Program-made: the position numbers and the translations under genes
In this document: piece after piece, positions 15,842 to 30,459 of the stretch
Numbering within the stretch: the first letter of the stretch is position 1
Layout of the letters: the number at the start of each line of letters is the position of its first letter
Notes under the pieces: model-generated
The model's database searches: none
What the model saw: the letters and a program-made list of their open reading frames with translations, nothing else
Told to the model about the DNA's origin: nothing
DNA from: Eledone cirrhosa
Lineage: Eukaryota
Direction of reading: 5' to 3'
Assembly (NCBI GenBank): GCA_964016885.1
Contig: OZ024742.1
Coordinates: 192,572,001 to 192,636,000, forward strand
DNA length: 64,000 nucleotides

Positions 15842-16090
15842 CAAAGAGAGAGACTAATCCAGGCTGTGTTGGACTTCGGACCGAGGAGGGTAAACTCCCT
15901 AAATATCGGTCACTCTCCAACGTGTTTGCGGTCGGCATGGAGTTGGATACACGCAGGCGTGAGCCTCGCGTGCTGGAATGGCTCTTCCAGCGCGTCTCCC
16001 TCACCATCCTCCGGGGAAACGCCTTTTCTTTTCTGTCCGCTGGGGCTGTGGGGCAGCCAGCGCGTGGGCCCCCATCTGTCCATAATAGTG
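15842..16090 (+). mobile_element. 3' fragment of a CRE-like (RLE-type) non-LTR retrotransposon
   Basis: [11 protein letters not shown]...[15 protein letters not shown] resembles the conserved QRxSxxIxRGNA C-terminus; begins right after (TA)n. Confidence 0.65.
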
Positions 16091-16206
16091 GGAGATGGGA
16101 AGAGCGAGAGAGACAGTCAGCAATTATATAATTATTGCTGAAATATTTTGTAGAGTTAAAGATTAAGTGATTTTAAATAAAGATGAGACATGTTATATAT
16201 ATAAGT

Positions 16207-16550
16207 GTTTCTACTTCTGGCACAAGGCCAGCAATTACCCCACTGCATTACTGGTACTTTATTTTATCGACCCCGCAAGGATGAAATGCAAAGTTAACCT
16301 CGGCGGGATTTGAAATCAGATGATAAAGTCCATAACTCCACGCTGCGAAGCATGGCGTTCGAACCTCTAAAGTTACTGCCAATCCACCACCCTCAGAGTT
16401 TCTACATTTGGTACAAGGCCAGCGATTACCCCAGTGCATCACTGGTACTTTATTTTATCGGTGGATTTGAACTCAGGACACAAAAGGCCATAACTCTATG
16501 CTGTAAAGCATGGTGTCTGACACTCTACCGATATTGCTAAACCACCACCT
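16207..16550 (-). mobile_element. tRNA-derived SINE(s), internally duplicated
   Basis: B-box-like gagttcaaatcc plus shared core and 3' tail on the minus strand. Confidence 0.8.
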
Positions 16551-17167
16551 TATATATATAATAAACAATTGAAAGCATCCTCTTTGGTTACAAATAATTC
16601 AACATTTCACTAATTTTATCTGAAAACAATACAAGAGAACAACAGCAACAACATCAATACCAATATACCACCACCACCATTACTACTACCACCACAACCA
16701 CCACCACTACTACTTCCACCACCACCACCAACACCACCATCACCATGTGTATTGAATGAAACTTTTCCACGTGCAAGCTATGTGCTGTTGGGCATTTTTG
16801 ATGTATTTTGCTGCCTGACCAGATTATCGATTAATTAATGTAAGCTCTATTAATTTTTGTTGATGACCATAATTAATTTGTGGGATAAATCAATAATGTT
16901 TATGTCTTTATTGGATGATTTGATAATCGTTAAGTCGATGATCATATTAAACTTTTGTTGATTACCCTATAAATTTGTTCAATTTTGCCATCTCACTACG
17001 ATTCCCTTCGAGACATACTGCGAAACTGATTAATCCTAACATTGAATAGGACAGTGTGTGTGGCACGTTGCTGCTGTGCCATGCATGTGTGAAGCATCTC
17101 GTGGTATTGTGTTTTCGTCAACTTATTAGTACATAAAGTCAAGCATACAAGCATACATACTTACATA

Positions 17168-17231
<64 letters not shown>

Positions 17232-17253
17232 TGTATATATATATATACATATA

Positions 17254-18092
17254 TAGAATAGAATGAAACGAAATTTCATTTCTCACTCTCAGTACGGCAG
17301 TTACTTAAATGTAAGTATGCATGTATGTATACGTACATACATATATGTATACAGACGTACAGTAGTATGTATATATATATACATACATGCACACACATAT
17401 ATATATATATATATGCACGTATCGGTTTACCGAACATTTATTATAATGCTCGGTTTGTTGTAAACAAACAAACACCCCGAATTACGCCGTACAGTGTTTA
17501 GGCAACCACGTCACCTTTTTGTTCAACACTGACACAGGAACGATGTACTAGTTTCAAGCTTATTAGCTATCGTCAGCATCTATACCTTCCTGCCAGATGG
17601 TTGAACGTCTGAAAGTATATACTTTCCTTATGCATATTAACGGCTAGATACGTGCATATACATATGTGTGCATGTATGTATATATATACATACTACTGTG
17701 CGTCTGTATACATATATGTATGTATGTATACATACATGAATACTTACATTTAAGGAACTGCCGTACTAAGAGTGAGAAATGAAATTTCGTTTCATTCTAT
17801 TCCATTTATCGTTTTCGGTGCGCCCGGCTGACTAAACTCACTCGATATGCAAATTAGGCTGCTCAGCCGTTAATAGGTATAAGGAAAGTATATACTTTCA
17901 GACGTTCAACCATCTGGCAGGAAGGTATACGATGCTGACGATAGCTAATAAGCTTGAAACTAGACATCGTTCCGGTGTCAGTGTTGAACAAAAAAGTGAC
18001 GTGGTTGCCTAAACACCGTACGGCGTAATTCGGGCTGTTTGTTTGTTTACAAACAAACCGAGCATTATAATAAATGTTCGGTAAACCGATAC

Positions 18093-18135
<43 letters not shown>

Positions 18136-18494
18136 CATGTATGTATATATATATACATACTACTGTATGTCTGTATACATATATGTATGTACGTATACAT
18201 ACATGCATACTTACATTTAAGTAACTGCCGTACTAAGAGTGAGAAATGAAATTTCGTTTCATTCTATTCCATTTATCGTTTTCGGTGCGCCCGGCAGACT
18301 AAACTCACTCGATATGCTAATTAGGCTGCTCAGCCGTTAATATGTATAAGGAAAGTATATACTTTCAGACGTTCAACCATCTGGCAGGAAGGTATACCAT
18401 GCTGACGATAGCTAATAAGCTTGAAACTAGACATCGTTCCTGTGTCAGTGTTGAACAAAAAAGTGACATGGTTGCCTAAACACTGTACGGCGTA
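17254..18494. mobile_element. Retrozyme-like array: inverted unit (17254-17646, -) joined to ~1.8 direct units (+)
   Basis: HHR at 17540-17580 (-, core intact); HHRs at 17929-17970 and 18396-18437 (+) both lack U16.1 (gaaactag-acatc). Confidence 0.85.
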
Positions 18495-18868
18495 GAAGTG
18501 TGATAAGGAACCAGGGGGAGCCTAATGCACCAGAGTACTCGATACTTAGGGTAATAAAGTGGATAATAGGAAAATAGTCAGGACCGCGACGGCTGAGGTC
18601 CGGCCGTTTCGACAACTGACAACTAGATCCGAACTAAACCATCAGTGTTTCATATATATATATAAATTATACTCCGTACTTTTGATTTTAATTTTGATTT
18701 GAATTTGAACTTGAATGTTTGTACAATTACTGTACAATTCTCGTAAAATATATGTCACATCCATTCCACCCTGTAAATACGAAACTGTTGCTAACAACAT
18801 CAATTTATGTTTATCTATATTATTGTTCAGTTGATAGGAGGGTGATTATATGTGCAAACATTGATAAT

Positions 18869-18913
18869 GCTTCGATAAATCCAAACGAGAGTTTGGAAGA
18901 AACGATTGTCAGC
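18869..18913 (+). ncRNA. Minimal hammerhead variant (U3 C4 ... A8)
   Basis: gct-TCGATAA-at ccaaac gaga gtttgg aa-GAA-acgattgt-C-agc; flanks homologous to 59750-59910. Confidence 0.6.
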
Positions 18914-19088
18914 TATTAAATGATTTGAACACAACTTTGATAATTGTATAATTTATTTATTTAACTGCTCTGTAAAACCACTAATGTTCATACATTGAGC
19001 TATTTCTCTTACTGGTAATAAGGTAATTAAGAAATTACTGACCTTCCTGTTTATAATTGTTTATACTATATACATAACTATAAATAGT

Positions 19089-19132
<44 letters not shown>

Positions 19133-19135
<3 letters not shown>

Positions 19136-20006
19136 GGAAAAATGAAACGAAATTTCATTTCTCACTCTTAGAACGGCTGTTACTTAAATATAAGTATGTA
19201 TACGTATATACGTATATGTATACAGACGTACAGTAGTATGTATATATATATATATACATACATGCACACATATATATATATATGTACTATGGATTCACCG
19301 AACATTTATTATAATGCTCGGTGTGTTTGTAAACAAACATCCCGCATTAAGAAGTACATTGTCTAGCAACCATCGTTGCTCATTTGTTCAACCCTGACAA
19401 AGGAACGCTGTACTAGTTTCAAGCTTATTAGCTATCGTCAGCACCGTATAACCTTCCTGCCAGATGGTTGAACGTCTGAAAGTATATACTTTCCTTATGT
19501 ATATTAACGGTTGAGCAGCCTAATTTGCACATCGAGTGAGTTAATCGGCCGGGGTACCAAAAACGATAAACGGAAAAAATGAAACGAAATTTCATTTCTC
19601 ACTCTTAGTACGGCTGTTACTTAAATATAAATATGTATACGTACATACGTATATGTATACAGACGTACAGTAGTATGTATATATATATACATGCATGCAC
19701 ATATATATAAATATATGGTATACTTTGCTGACGATAGCTATATATATATATATAAGGTATACGTTGCTGACGATAGCTAATAAGCTTGAAACTAGTAAAG
19801 CGTTCCTTTGTCAGCGTTGAACAAATGAGCAACGATGGTTGCTAGACACTGTACGGCTTAATTCGGGATGTTTGTTTACAAACACACCGAGCATTATAAT
19901 AAATGTTCGGTGAATCCATACGTACATATATAAATATGTGCATGTATGTATATATATATACATACTACTGTACGTCTGTATACATATACGTATGTACGTA
20001 TACATA

Positions 20007-20010
<4 letters not shown>
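19133..20010. mobile_element. Retrozyme-like array, subfamily B, head-to-head arrangement
   Basis: HHR 19405-19447 (-), truncated HHR 19717-19740 (+), HHR 19761-19803 (+); (TA)n on both sides. Confidence 0.85.
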
Positions 20011-20078
<68 letters not shown>

Positions 20079-20079
20079 T

Positions 20080-20130
20080 GGCTTTTACAGGACTAGAACT
20101 GTTTCATTCGGGAGAAATCATCAGGAAGCC
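20080..20130 (-). ncRNA. Type I hammerhead (family A) in a pLTR fragment
   Basis: ggcttc-CTGATGA-tttc tccc gaat-GAA-acag ttctagtc ctgt-A-aaagcc. Confidence 0.8.
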
Positions 20131-20516
20131 GAATGTCCAAGTAATATGGTGGTATTTATACATTTTATGGTGGTAGGAGAGGGTGGTGATTGGGATGGGT
20201 GGAGGTCATTGGTTGATAGATATAAAGAAAAAGGAATTCTTTAAAAAATATATTTAGCACAACAAATTCAAGCTAAATGCTTTACATACAGATTCACACT
20301 GAGAGGCACTCCTAATTTTTAAGGTTCATTTATTCGAAGCAAACAATGGCTATTCATTGGTGAGGTCTGCAAAAATGGTCAGATGTCTACAATCACACGA
20401 ATACTCCGCCTCACACCCACATATTTATACTCTGCTATGTATTGAGTACCGTATTTACAGTGGTTACCCCCGATTGAACCCGGGAAAAACATATCTATAG
20501 CTATATCTATATACAT

Positions 20517-20890
20517 ATATTCTAACAAGGCCATATTTGACAGAGTGGCACCTTACTATTCCACTGCGTTAGCTAACAGCGGATTCTCCGATAAAATTTC
20601 TTACTGCTCTCCTAATGACACTGCCGGTAGAAATAAAAATAGAAATAAAAAAAATAATTTGGTTCTGCTCACCCTTCTCGCTTCGAGTTAAAACTGATGT
20701 AGGTAGGAATATCATGGCACTCCCTGACAAGCACTTCCCCATAGGACATACATACAGAACTATTTATAATAAACACAGTGTGAAACTCGGATATTCCTGT
20801 GCTAAAAAAATATGAAGCTCACATCACCACCCACACCAAAAACTCTTCCCCACTCAGATGCTCTTTCAGAAGCCCAGAAGCTGGATTGTG
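20517..20890 (+). pseudogene. Decayed Naiad-like PLE fragment (RT thumb/linker)
   Basis: SNKAIFDRVAPYYSTALANSGF..KKIIWFCSPFS..HFPIGHTYRTIYNKHSVKLGYSC, with frameshifts. Confidence 0.85.
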
Positions 20891-21112
20891 TTAGCTAATT
20901 CCTTTTAAATACAAGCTAAATATAATATGATAAGATTTTGGCTTTAGTTTTCTCAATGTATTACTAAAGGAAATAAAATACAAACACACCATCAATAAGA
21001 GACATACAGACTTTAAACAAATATACTTATAAATGGCTAAAATCATTCCTATAATCTCTCTGTACATATATGTGTGTGTATATATATATATATATGCGTG
21101 TGTGTGTGTGTT

Positions 21113-21157
<45 letters not shown>

Positions 21158-21267
21158 GTGTGCGTGTGTGTGCGTGTGTGTGTGTATCGACCGTTTCAGC
21201 ATTCTTCTTACTTAATTACTTTTTTATATTCTATCTTCTTTTTTGCTATCTTTCTTTTCCTTCTATT

Positions 21268-21518
<251 letters not shown>

Positions 21519-21829
21519 AACGTGAGTTAGATAAGCTCATAGGTAAACGTCTTAATCCCAACACGTCCATGTCTAGCCGGAGTTTCTCAGATGAAAGATT
21601 CGACCAGACAGTTGACAAAATAATTCACTGCCATCAGTAAAGGCATAAGGAATGACTGTGTGAGTGTGTGGAGGGAGGTGTATGTGTGGTGTGTGTGTGT
21701 GTGTGTTGGGTGTATTTTATGTGTTCTGTGTGTATTGTATCATTGTCTGTTGTGTTTACTTGGTGAATTGGGTGTGAGTATTGTGTGACTGCGTGTTGTC
21801 AGAGTTTTGTGTGTATTAGTGAGTTAGTT

Positions 21830-21863
<34 letters not shown>

Positions 21864-21883
21864 GCATAATACATACAACTACG

Positions 21884-22772
<889 letters not shown>

Positions 22773-22845
22773 ATATATATATATATTATAAAGTGAAATT
22801 AGGAGGCCAAATATGTTGAATTTCCTTGATTTTGCATTACTGTAA

Positions 22846-22903
22846 ACACTATGCACATTTCAATGGCCAGGTTGCGTAAGAAACCGGTGACCTCATCAGG
22901 TGT
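22846..22903 (-). ncRNA. Type I hammerhead (related to 47551)
   Basis: acac-CTGATGA-ggtca..tggccatt-GAA-atgtgcat-A-gtgt. Confidence 0.75.
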
Positions 22904-23404
22904 AAATTGCGTAATACATGTATACCATCGGAATGATGGTAAGCTTTAAGGAAAAAAGCAAAGAAAAAACAGAGGAAAAAGTTTGTTCTATGTTTTAGAC
23001 CCAGAGACGGACGTAGTAGCATGCTGTTTCATTGCTCGCTCGACTCTGAGTTATATATATAGTATCAATCTGAGAATGCACGTAGTAAAGCAATTGCACG
23101 AGATGCACCTTCACTTTGTCAGCTAGCTGCTTTAATGTTACGGATTAACATGAATTTTACCTTTACAAAGACAGTTTGTGCAACAGATAAGTACACCACT
23201 AACATGGTAGGAAGTATCTGAGAAAATATTACAAAGAATGGACAGGAAAATTGAAAAATGTAATTCGACCCCCCCCCCCCCCCAAAAAAAAAAGAAACCG
23301 AGATAACTATATAAATATATTACGGCAAGAAAGAAATAAACAACACAGTTTTTGTCATTGTAGAATGGGAATATGTTAATTCTGGGCAGGTGAGATCGAT
23401 TAGA

Positions 23405-23660
23405 CCACAGGTTCTCAATCCATTTCGGTCAAATGCCCCCTTTTGTCCCTCGAAATCACGAAACGCCACCCCCCCCCTATTTTTCCATTTTTCAATATAC
23501 TCTGATTTTGATATTAGTAGATTACTGGGCTAAATCAATTTATGTTAGAATCTTAAAAAAAATCTTTAAAAATCCTCGTACGAATTAAATACAAAAAAGT
23601 TTTAGTGCAAAACAAAAGCAATCTATTTCAAATTGTATATTTTAGAAAAATAGAGTAACA
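23405..23660 (+). mobile_element. hAT-like DNA transposon/MITE end fragment
   Basis: caggttctcaa terminus; homologous to 44735-44955. Confidence 0.55.
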
Positions 23661-23801
23661 AAGGCTTTGTTACTCTAAATATAGCTTTTAAAGAATTCCC
23701 TTTTCTTTAAACCCATCAAACAATGACCTCCATCCATCCCAATTACCACCCGCTCCTACCACCAGAAAAGATATAAATAACACCATATTACTTGGACAGT
23801 C

Positions 23802-23852
23802 AGCTTCCTGATGATTTCTCACGAATGAAACAGTTCTAGTCCTGTAGAAGCT
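23802..23852 (+). ncRNA. Type I hammerhead (family A) in a pLTR (~23650-23935)
   Basis: agcttc-CTGATGA-tttc tcac gaat-GAA-acag ttctagtc ctgt-A-gaagct. Confidence 0.87.
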
Positions 23853-23935
23853 TTTCTATAGTAAATATTTATACTCTGCTTTGTATTGAGTACCTTACTT
23901 ACTGTGGTCACCCCCGATTGAACCCGAGATAAACC

Positions 23936-23986
<51 letters not shown>

Positions 23987-23990
<4 letters not shown>

Positions 23991-24076
23991 CCATGTCCAT
24001 TACGAGCTGAGGATCCGCTGAGGTGAAACAATTGTTTCACCTTAGCGGATCCTCAGCTCGTAATGGACATGGTTAT
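23987..24076. repeat. 90 bp near-perfect palindrome centred on a hammerhead stem III
   Basis: Each arm reads gag-CTGAGGA-tcc gct(g/a)a ggt-GAAACAATTGT; one mismatch; axis at 24031/24032. Confidence 0.95.
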
Positions 24077-25820
24077 CCGGAACAGGAAGGACAACCGTTC
24101 GAACGCGCACGTGCAGAAACGATCACTTCACACAGGCAATATTAATTGCGTGCGAGAGGTGTAAGAGAGATAACTGCCAAAGTCCGAAAGTTTCTAGTTG
24201 ATAAGAAAATTAGGATGTTGTAATTCAATCCGGAGTTTTGTAGTTTTGTAGTAAGAGGTGTTTCCAGACATGTGGACAACATGTGAAGAATTCATTCCTT
24301 GAGTTTAGGCAATCACTATTGCGTAATCTCTTTAGAATATATATTCCTTCATCAATACATAGTCCACACGTCGGATTTCCCCTTGCGTATGGCTTGGACC
24401 TAGTGATGACTTTCCATTGAATGGAATAGTCTATACTTGAGTCCTTGAGGGACCATACGTGGCTCGCGAGTTTCGTGGATGAACGTCTGTCCGGGTACCT
24501 AAAGGTCGACTGGTGGTTCAGGAAGCGTTCCTTTAATCGGCCCTCCGCCATACCCACATAGGATTTGATCTCCTCTGGTTGATTTGGTCGGTTGGAAGTG
24601 ACCACAGCTTCATAAACTACAGCGGGTGTGTTGCATTGCTGTTGAAGGGGACAAGCATCGGGCTTACGGCAAGAGCACCATAGTGGGGTGTTGCCCTTAG
24701 GGCTGTTGGTGATGTGGGCCTTCATGTTCTTAACGCAATAGTATCGTAGTTTTACTTTGTGTCGGTTAAAGATGGAGCGGTATTTATGACCTATGGGAAA
24801 GTGTCTATCTAAGAGGGCTAGATATGTTTTGCCTACATTGGTTTTAACGTTGAGTGAGAAGGGAGGAGAGAACCAGAGAGTTTGTCTATTGTTACGCTTT
24901 CTTTTCTTATTGCTGTTGTTGTTAGTGGGAGAGTAAGTGATAGGTTGCGAGAAGTCTCTGTTAGCTAACGCCGTGTTATAGTAGTGTGCTGCTCTGTCAC
25001 AGATAGCCTTATTAGAGGAGAGGTTTGAGATTCTAGTACTGATATTATTTACGAAGTTTCTAAAAACAGTGGGAGAGTGGCATGAGTCCTTGTGAATGTA
25101 ATTGAGTTTTTCGGTAAACTTATGGAAGGGTCTGTAGGTGTGTATGCGAAGGTCTAAATTAATGTCTAAGAAATCTACGCTAGAGAGGTTGGTAGCTACT
25201 GTTATCCTAAGTCCTAACTCTTTGAAGGTAGAAGCTAAGATTTTTTAAACTTTTATGGCTCGATAAAGTCAGTCCATCGTCGCGGTATATTCCCGTGTGG
25301 CAGTCCGAGAATCTAACACGTAATATGTCTAAAATAAATAGGCCAACCAAGTCGCATACGTCAGCACTGTTAAACGATCCCATGGAGACGACGAATAGGT
25401 CTGAAGTTTTTGACTTCTTTTCCCAGGCTACTCCGTTGTTGAAGAGGAGGGTTTTCCGGCAGTGAGCGATGATTTCCCTGTCTAAACCATCGACGGTAGT
25501 GTAAGTGGTAGCAAAGTCCAACACTTCGTTTAACAGGGTCTCTGAGATCGAAGGGTAAAAATCAACAATGTCAAACTGTTTGAACTTCGCTTTTCTGGAT
25601 TTGAAGGTGTTAAATCACTTAATTACGGAGTCGCTGTTCTCCCACTGGGGCTGGTTGGACTTGGTCCTAATGGTCTTAACTATTGTTCTAAGTATGGCTT
25701 CACTGACTAGTCCCATATCTGTGCGTGCCGGGTTTAGTAGTCTACAGGTTGGGTTAGAAGTAAAGTCTACCTTGTGATCTTTCATGGTGAGGAACGCCTC
25801 CCGCTTAGCTAGAGATTGTG
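24032..25820 (-). mobile_element. 5'-truncated, decayed Naiad-like PLE (RT plus GIY-YIG)
   Basis: MGSFNSADVCDLVG, IYRDD (25207-25524); CSC..CPL..C, VVY..YVG, CGLC..LNSRNE..CPH (24225-24725). Confidence 0.92.
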
Positions 25821-25950
25821 TGTGTTAGGTACACGTCTAGTTATCCATCTCTCCAACAGGGGGCTCACACATGCGGCCCGCGAACTACTTTTCTATGAAC
25901 CGTGGTAGAACCAATATTTCAGATTCCATTATAACTAGCGAAAATAAGTC

Positions 25951-26163
25951 GGTGAGCTGGTGGAATCGTTAGCACATCTGGCGAAATGCTTAGCGGTACT
26001 TCTTCCGTTTTTACCTTCTGAGTTCAATTCCGCCGATCTCAACTTTGCCTTTCATCCTTTTGAGGTCGAAAAATTAAGTACCAGTTGTGAATTCGGATCA
26101 ATGTAATCGACGGGACCCTAAACCCTAAATTACACGCCGTGTGCCTATAGTAGAAATGATTAT
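25951..26163 (+). mobile_element. Full-length tRNA-derived SINE
   Basis: A-box-like tggtggaatcg, B-box-like gagttcaattcc, shared core and tail. Confidence 0.8.
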
Positions 26164-26317
26164 AACTGGTAAAAATCATCACCCACCACCACCTTCGGCC
26201 CACTGTGCCTCTCCTCCATGACTTAATGGCCCTTTTATGTCCTTGTGTTTGAGATCCCTCTTCTACACACACACACACACATATATATATACATTTTACT
26301 TTTTTTCTCTCTCTGGA

Positions 26318-26552
26318 CTATGCCCATGCTGGAGCATCACCTTGGTAAGTTATGGGGACGTCAACAAACCAAGAAGCATCGGTGGAAGGGCAAACACAAA
26401 CGCAAAGACACACATAGACATATATGCATATATACGACGTGGTTCTTTTAGTTTCTGTCTATCAAGTCCACTCACAGGGCTTTGGTCAGCCCGGGCAATG
26501 GGACTGAACCCGGAAACATGTGGTTGGGAAACAAGCTTTTTGTTACACTGCG
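26318..26552 (-). mobile_element. Second SINE family, decayed
   Basis: tRNA-like head gggttcagtccc on the minus strand. Confidence 0.55.
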
Positions 26553-26869
26553 CATATATATATATAATCCGGAAGTTTCCAACAGTAATGGTTGCATTCT
26601 TTAAGGGTATGTCAATATTTATTTATAAAACTGCTCTATATTATATTTTATATGATGAAAGCACACCATAATTTAACTTGGTGTCCTTGAAATATGTATA
26701 ATGAAATAAATATGGTTTTATAAATATAGTTTCCATTTGTTAATATCGTATTTTTACTCCAAATATTTGTTGAGTGCTTTATATCAGTTATAAAAAGATT
26801 TGCTTGTTGTATCCCAACAATTTAAATAGAACTTTTACATATATATATATATATGAATAAAGTGGTCCT

Positions 26870-26934
26870 TCATCAGTGATCTTCCAACCATCATCGGTAT
26901 TTCTTCGCTTTAAAGACCATATACCTCCGGTTGG
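26870..26934 (-). ncRNA. Candidate non-circularly permuted (pseudoknotted) hammerhead ribozyme, copy 1
   Basis: ccaacc gga ggtat-A-tggtct-ttaaagcgaa-GAA-atacc gatgat ggttgg a agatca-CTGATGA; all three helices covary with 33446-33510. Confidence 0.7.
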
Positions 26935-27199
26935 TGCGAGCAACGGCTAAAGAAAGTCGTTGGGACATGTAAATAAAGGAAACAGCGAGAGTGTAAACAA
27001 ACAAAGATAGTGAAGCAACGAAAAGTGAGGAAGAGCGAGTCAAGTCCAAAAATTTCCATGAATATAAGTTCAGTGAAATCGTGAACGAGAGAGAATAAAG
27101 ACCATCAAACCTGGTTGAAATGTGAGCAAGGAAGGAATTTCGCACAGGTCTAACGGGAGGAAGAAGGGGTCTAGTCTGTGAATTCGGTAAACATAAGTT

Positions 27200-28205
27200 C
27201 TGTCAAATCGTCTACAAATCACCAGGCCTCAAACGATCACTTAGTTACATACAAAATTCTGCCTAAGAAAACTCATACAACACATACACCACACGCTACA
27301 ACAACACATACGGACTATTTCCAGCCTTGTACCACAACTCGCTGAAACCCCAGAACCTCTGTCCAGAGTCATCTCCGCCACTATAGACAGGTCATACCAT
27401 CATCGCCGAGACTCCGAGAAAATACGTCTAATGCAAACATTTCTCAAACTCAAGACGGCCAACTGTCTTAACAGCATCCCAACTGTAAACACCAACAGAG
27501 GCGAACAAGACGGTACCAACACCGAACCTAGCGGCGCCCCGACCAACAACACACCTGACGCAAAACACCTCGTCACAGACTTGACAGGATCCCTCTCCCG
27601 AGAGGAATTAGACCTCCTCAGCCTGGGTCCCAAGTTCATATTGAAACAGAGACTGGACGACAAATTATGGCTCGACATAGAAAAGAATTTCTGTCGGGCT
27701 GCCTACCAACTAAAATGGATATCGACTCTCGGCAACAACACCAGGGAATCTATCAAACCCAGATTCCCGATATACCAACTGGATCGCCCACTCTGTCCAC
27801 CGCCTCCCAACCGCGAGCTTGAAGAAAAACTCTCGAGGCTAAAACATTCCGTATTTAACATCTTACGGAAACAGAAGAAGATAGCCCCAAACCTCTCCAG
27901 GACACAACAACTCGCCCTGAAGAACCTACGGATTAGGGGACTTATATACTTACCATCCGACAAAGGTAAAGAGTTTTGCGTCATCTCTCAAGCCACATAC
28001 AACAACCTAGCCTTTGAACACCTAAGCGACAATGAATTATACACAGAGATCCCGGACATGACTGCAGCCCAGATCGAAAAACAGACCAACTCCATCTAGT
28101 TCGATATCTGTAGGAGAAGACAACTCCCAAACAAAGTTAAGCTCAACTACACCACTAGAAATAGCAGACTGCCCACTTTCTACCACCTCATCAAGACCAA
28201 CAAGA
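27200..28205 (+). pseudogene. N-terminal part of a Poseidon/Penelope-type PLE ORF
   Basis: LVTDLT..LSREELDLLSLGPKF..LPSDKGKEFCVI..HLSDNELY; ends after ..PTFYHLIKTNK. Confidence 0.8.
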
Positions 28206-28247
28206 ATAGTACTAAGACGCAAATTTATTTTCATTGTTAATTTAATA

Positions 28248-28319
<72 letters not shown>

Positions 28320-28425
28320 GTATATAGTGAAACACAGAACTTCATTATGGATTTTACTGGATTACATTGAGTTCTATCTACGGTACGCACCCTACTACCA
28401 GAGGTAGACCACACTGAAAAAGGAG

Positions 28426-28479
<54 letters not shown>

Positions 28480-28535
28480 ATGTGTGTGTGCATTATATAT
28501 ATATATTACTACATACTTACATATATATATATATA

Positions 28536-29337
28536 TAAACGGAAAAAATAAAACGAAATTTCATTTCTCACTCTTAGTACGGCTGTTACTAAGAGCCGTT
28601 AATATGCATAAGGAAAGTATATACTTTCAGACGTTCAATCATCTGGCAGGAAGGTATACGTGGCTGACGATAGCTAATAAGCTTGAAACTAGTACACCGT
28701 TCCTTTGTCAGGGTTGAAAAAATGAGCAACGATGGTTGCTAGACACTGTACGGCTTAATTCGGGATGTTTGTTTACAAACACACCGAGCATTATAACAAA
28801 TGTTCGGTGAATCCATACGTACATATATATATGTGTGCATGTATGTATATATATATACATACTACTGTTCGTCTGTATACATATATGTATGTACGTATAC
28901 ATACATATATTTAAGTAACAGCCGTACTAAGAGTGAGAAATGAAATTTCGTTTCATTCTTTCCGTTTATCGTTTTCGGTACCCCGGCCGATTAACTCACT
29001 CGATATGCAAATTAGGCTGCTCAGCCGTTAATATGCATAAGGAAAGTATATACTTTCAGACGTTCAATCATCTGGCAGGAAGGTATACGTTGCTGACGAT
29101 AGCTAATAAGCTTGAAACTAGTACAGTGTTTCTTTTTCAGGGGTGAACAAATGAGCAACGATGGTTGCTAGGCACTGTACGGCTTAATTCGGGATGTTTG
29201 TTTACAAACACACCGAGCATTATAATAAATGTTCGGTGAATCCATACGTACATATATATATGTGTGCATGTATATATATATATATACATACTACTGTACG
29301 TCTGTATACATATATGTATGTACGTATACATACTTAT
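28536..29337 (+). mobile_element. Retrozyme-like array, subfamily B (429 bp unit) with short 5' inversion
   Basis: HHRs at 28658-28700 and 29087-29129; 28536-28590 is inverted. Confidence 0.85.
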
Positions 29338-30459
29338 ATATATATATATATATATTACTACATACTTACATATATACATACATTTACGTATGTGTATAAC
29401 TATACATTTATATATTTGTATATATGCATGCATTTATATTTAAGTGTGTGTATATGTGACTGGATTTATGTTTTTTTGGTAAGGAGAGAATTTTGCCACC
29501 AGATTTTATTACCTAGGGAGATTAACTACCACAGTTTTTCAACTTCATCAAACACCAACGCAGGCCTGTGTGTGTATATATGTGTATGTATGTATGTATG
29601 TATGTATGTATGTATGTATGTATGTATGTATGTATGTATGTATGTATGTATGTATTTATGTATGTATGCATGTGTGTGTATGTTCGTATGTATGTATAAG
29701 TATACACCCACACCTTTCATCACCATTGCTTCTTTTTCTTATCATTTCTGTTGAAGTTGTTCTTGTAACTGTTGTCATAGTTGACGTTGCCCTTATTTTC
29801 ATTTTCTTTGATTTCTTTCGTTTTTCTTTTATCTCCCTAGGGAATTCGTTGACAAGCTTCCTTTATTTATTACTTCCTTTTCTTCATTCAAATGCATTCA
29901 CATTTAAAATTTCACATTATAAAATTTACCAAAGTAAAGATCATTCTAGCCCCCCTCTAACGCCCACTTGCTCCAAAACGCCCCCCCCCTGGAGCCCTGA
30001 AACGCTCCCCATTGAGAACCTTTGGATTAGACTATAGTCAAAGGAATGTAGTTTGTGGAACCTAATAAACATTGGACTGCTACCTACTGAATCTGAGGAA
30101 AAGGGGTGACCGGGATAAGAGGGGAAGGAAAAAGACAAGAGAACGAAAGAGAAACAAGGAGGAAGAGAGTGAGAGAGAGGGGGAGAGGATAGAGAGATGG
30201 AGGGAATAAGTATGTGTGTGTGTATAATGTATGTATATATATATATATATATAGTATTTACGTATCGAGAAAGAGAAAAAAAGGGGGGATAGGTGATACA
30301 TATAGTTATTTGCCAAGTAGCGTATGCCAAAGGTGCTCGATACTAGTGCCGGCAGTATTAAATATTCGAAGTGTTAATATTTAGTGGGCTAGAGAGTTAG
30401 CAGAGCGTAAGCACGTGGGAAAGTAAAAAATCGGAGAATAGACCGTTAAAACATGTTTA

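Noticed and set aside
25951-26040. tRNA genes
   Set aside because: A/B-box-like heads continue into SINE cores and no cloverleaf forms
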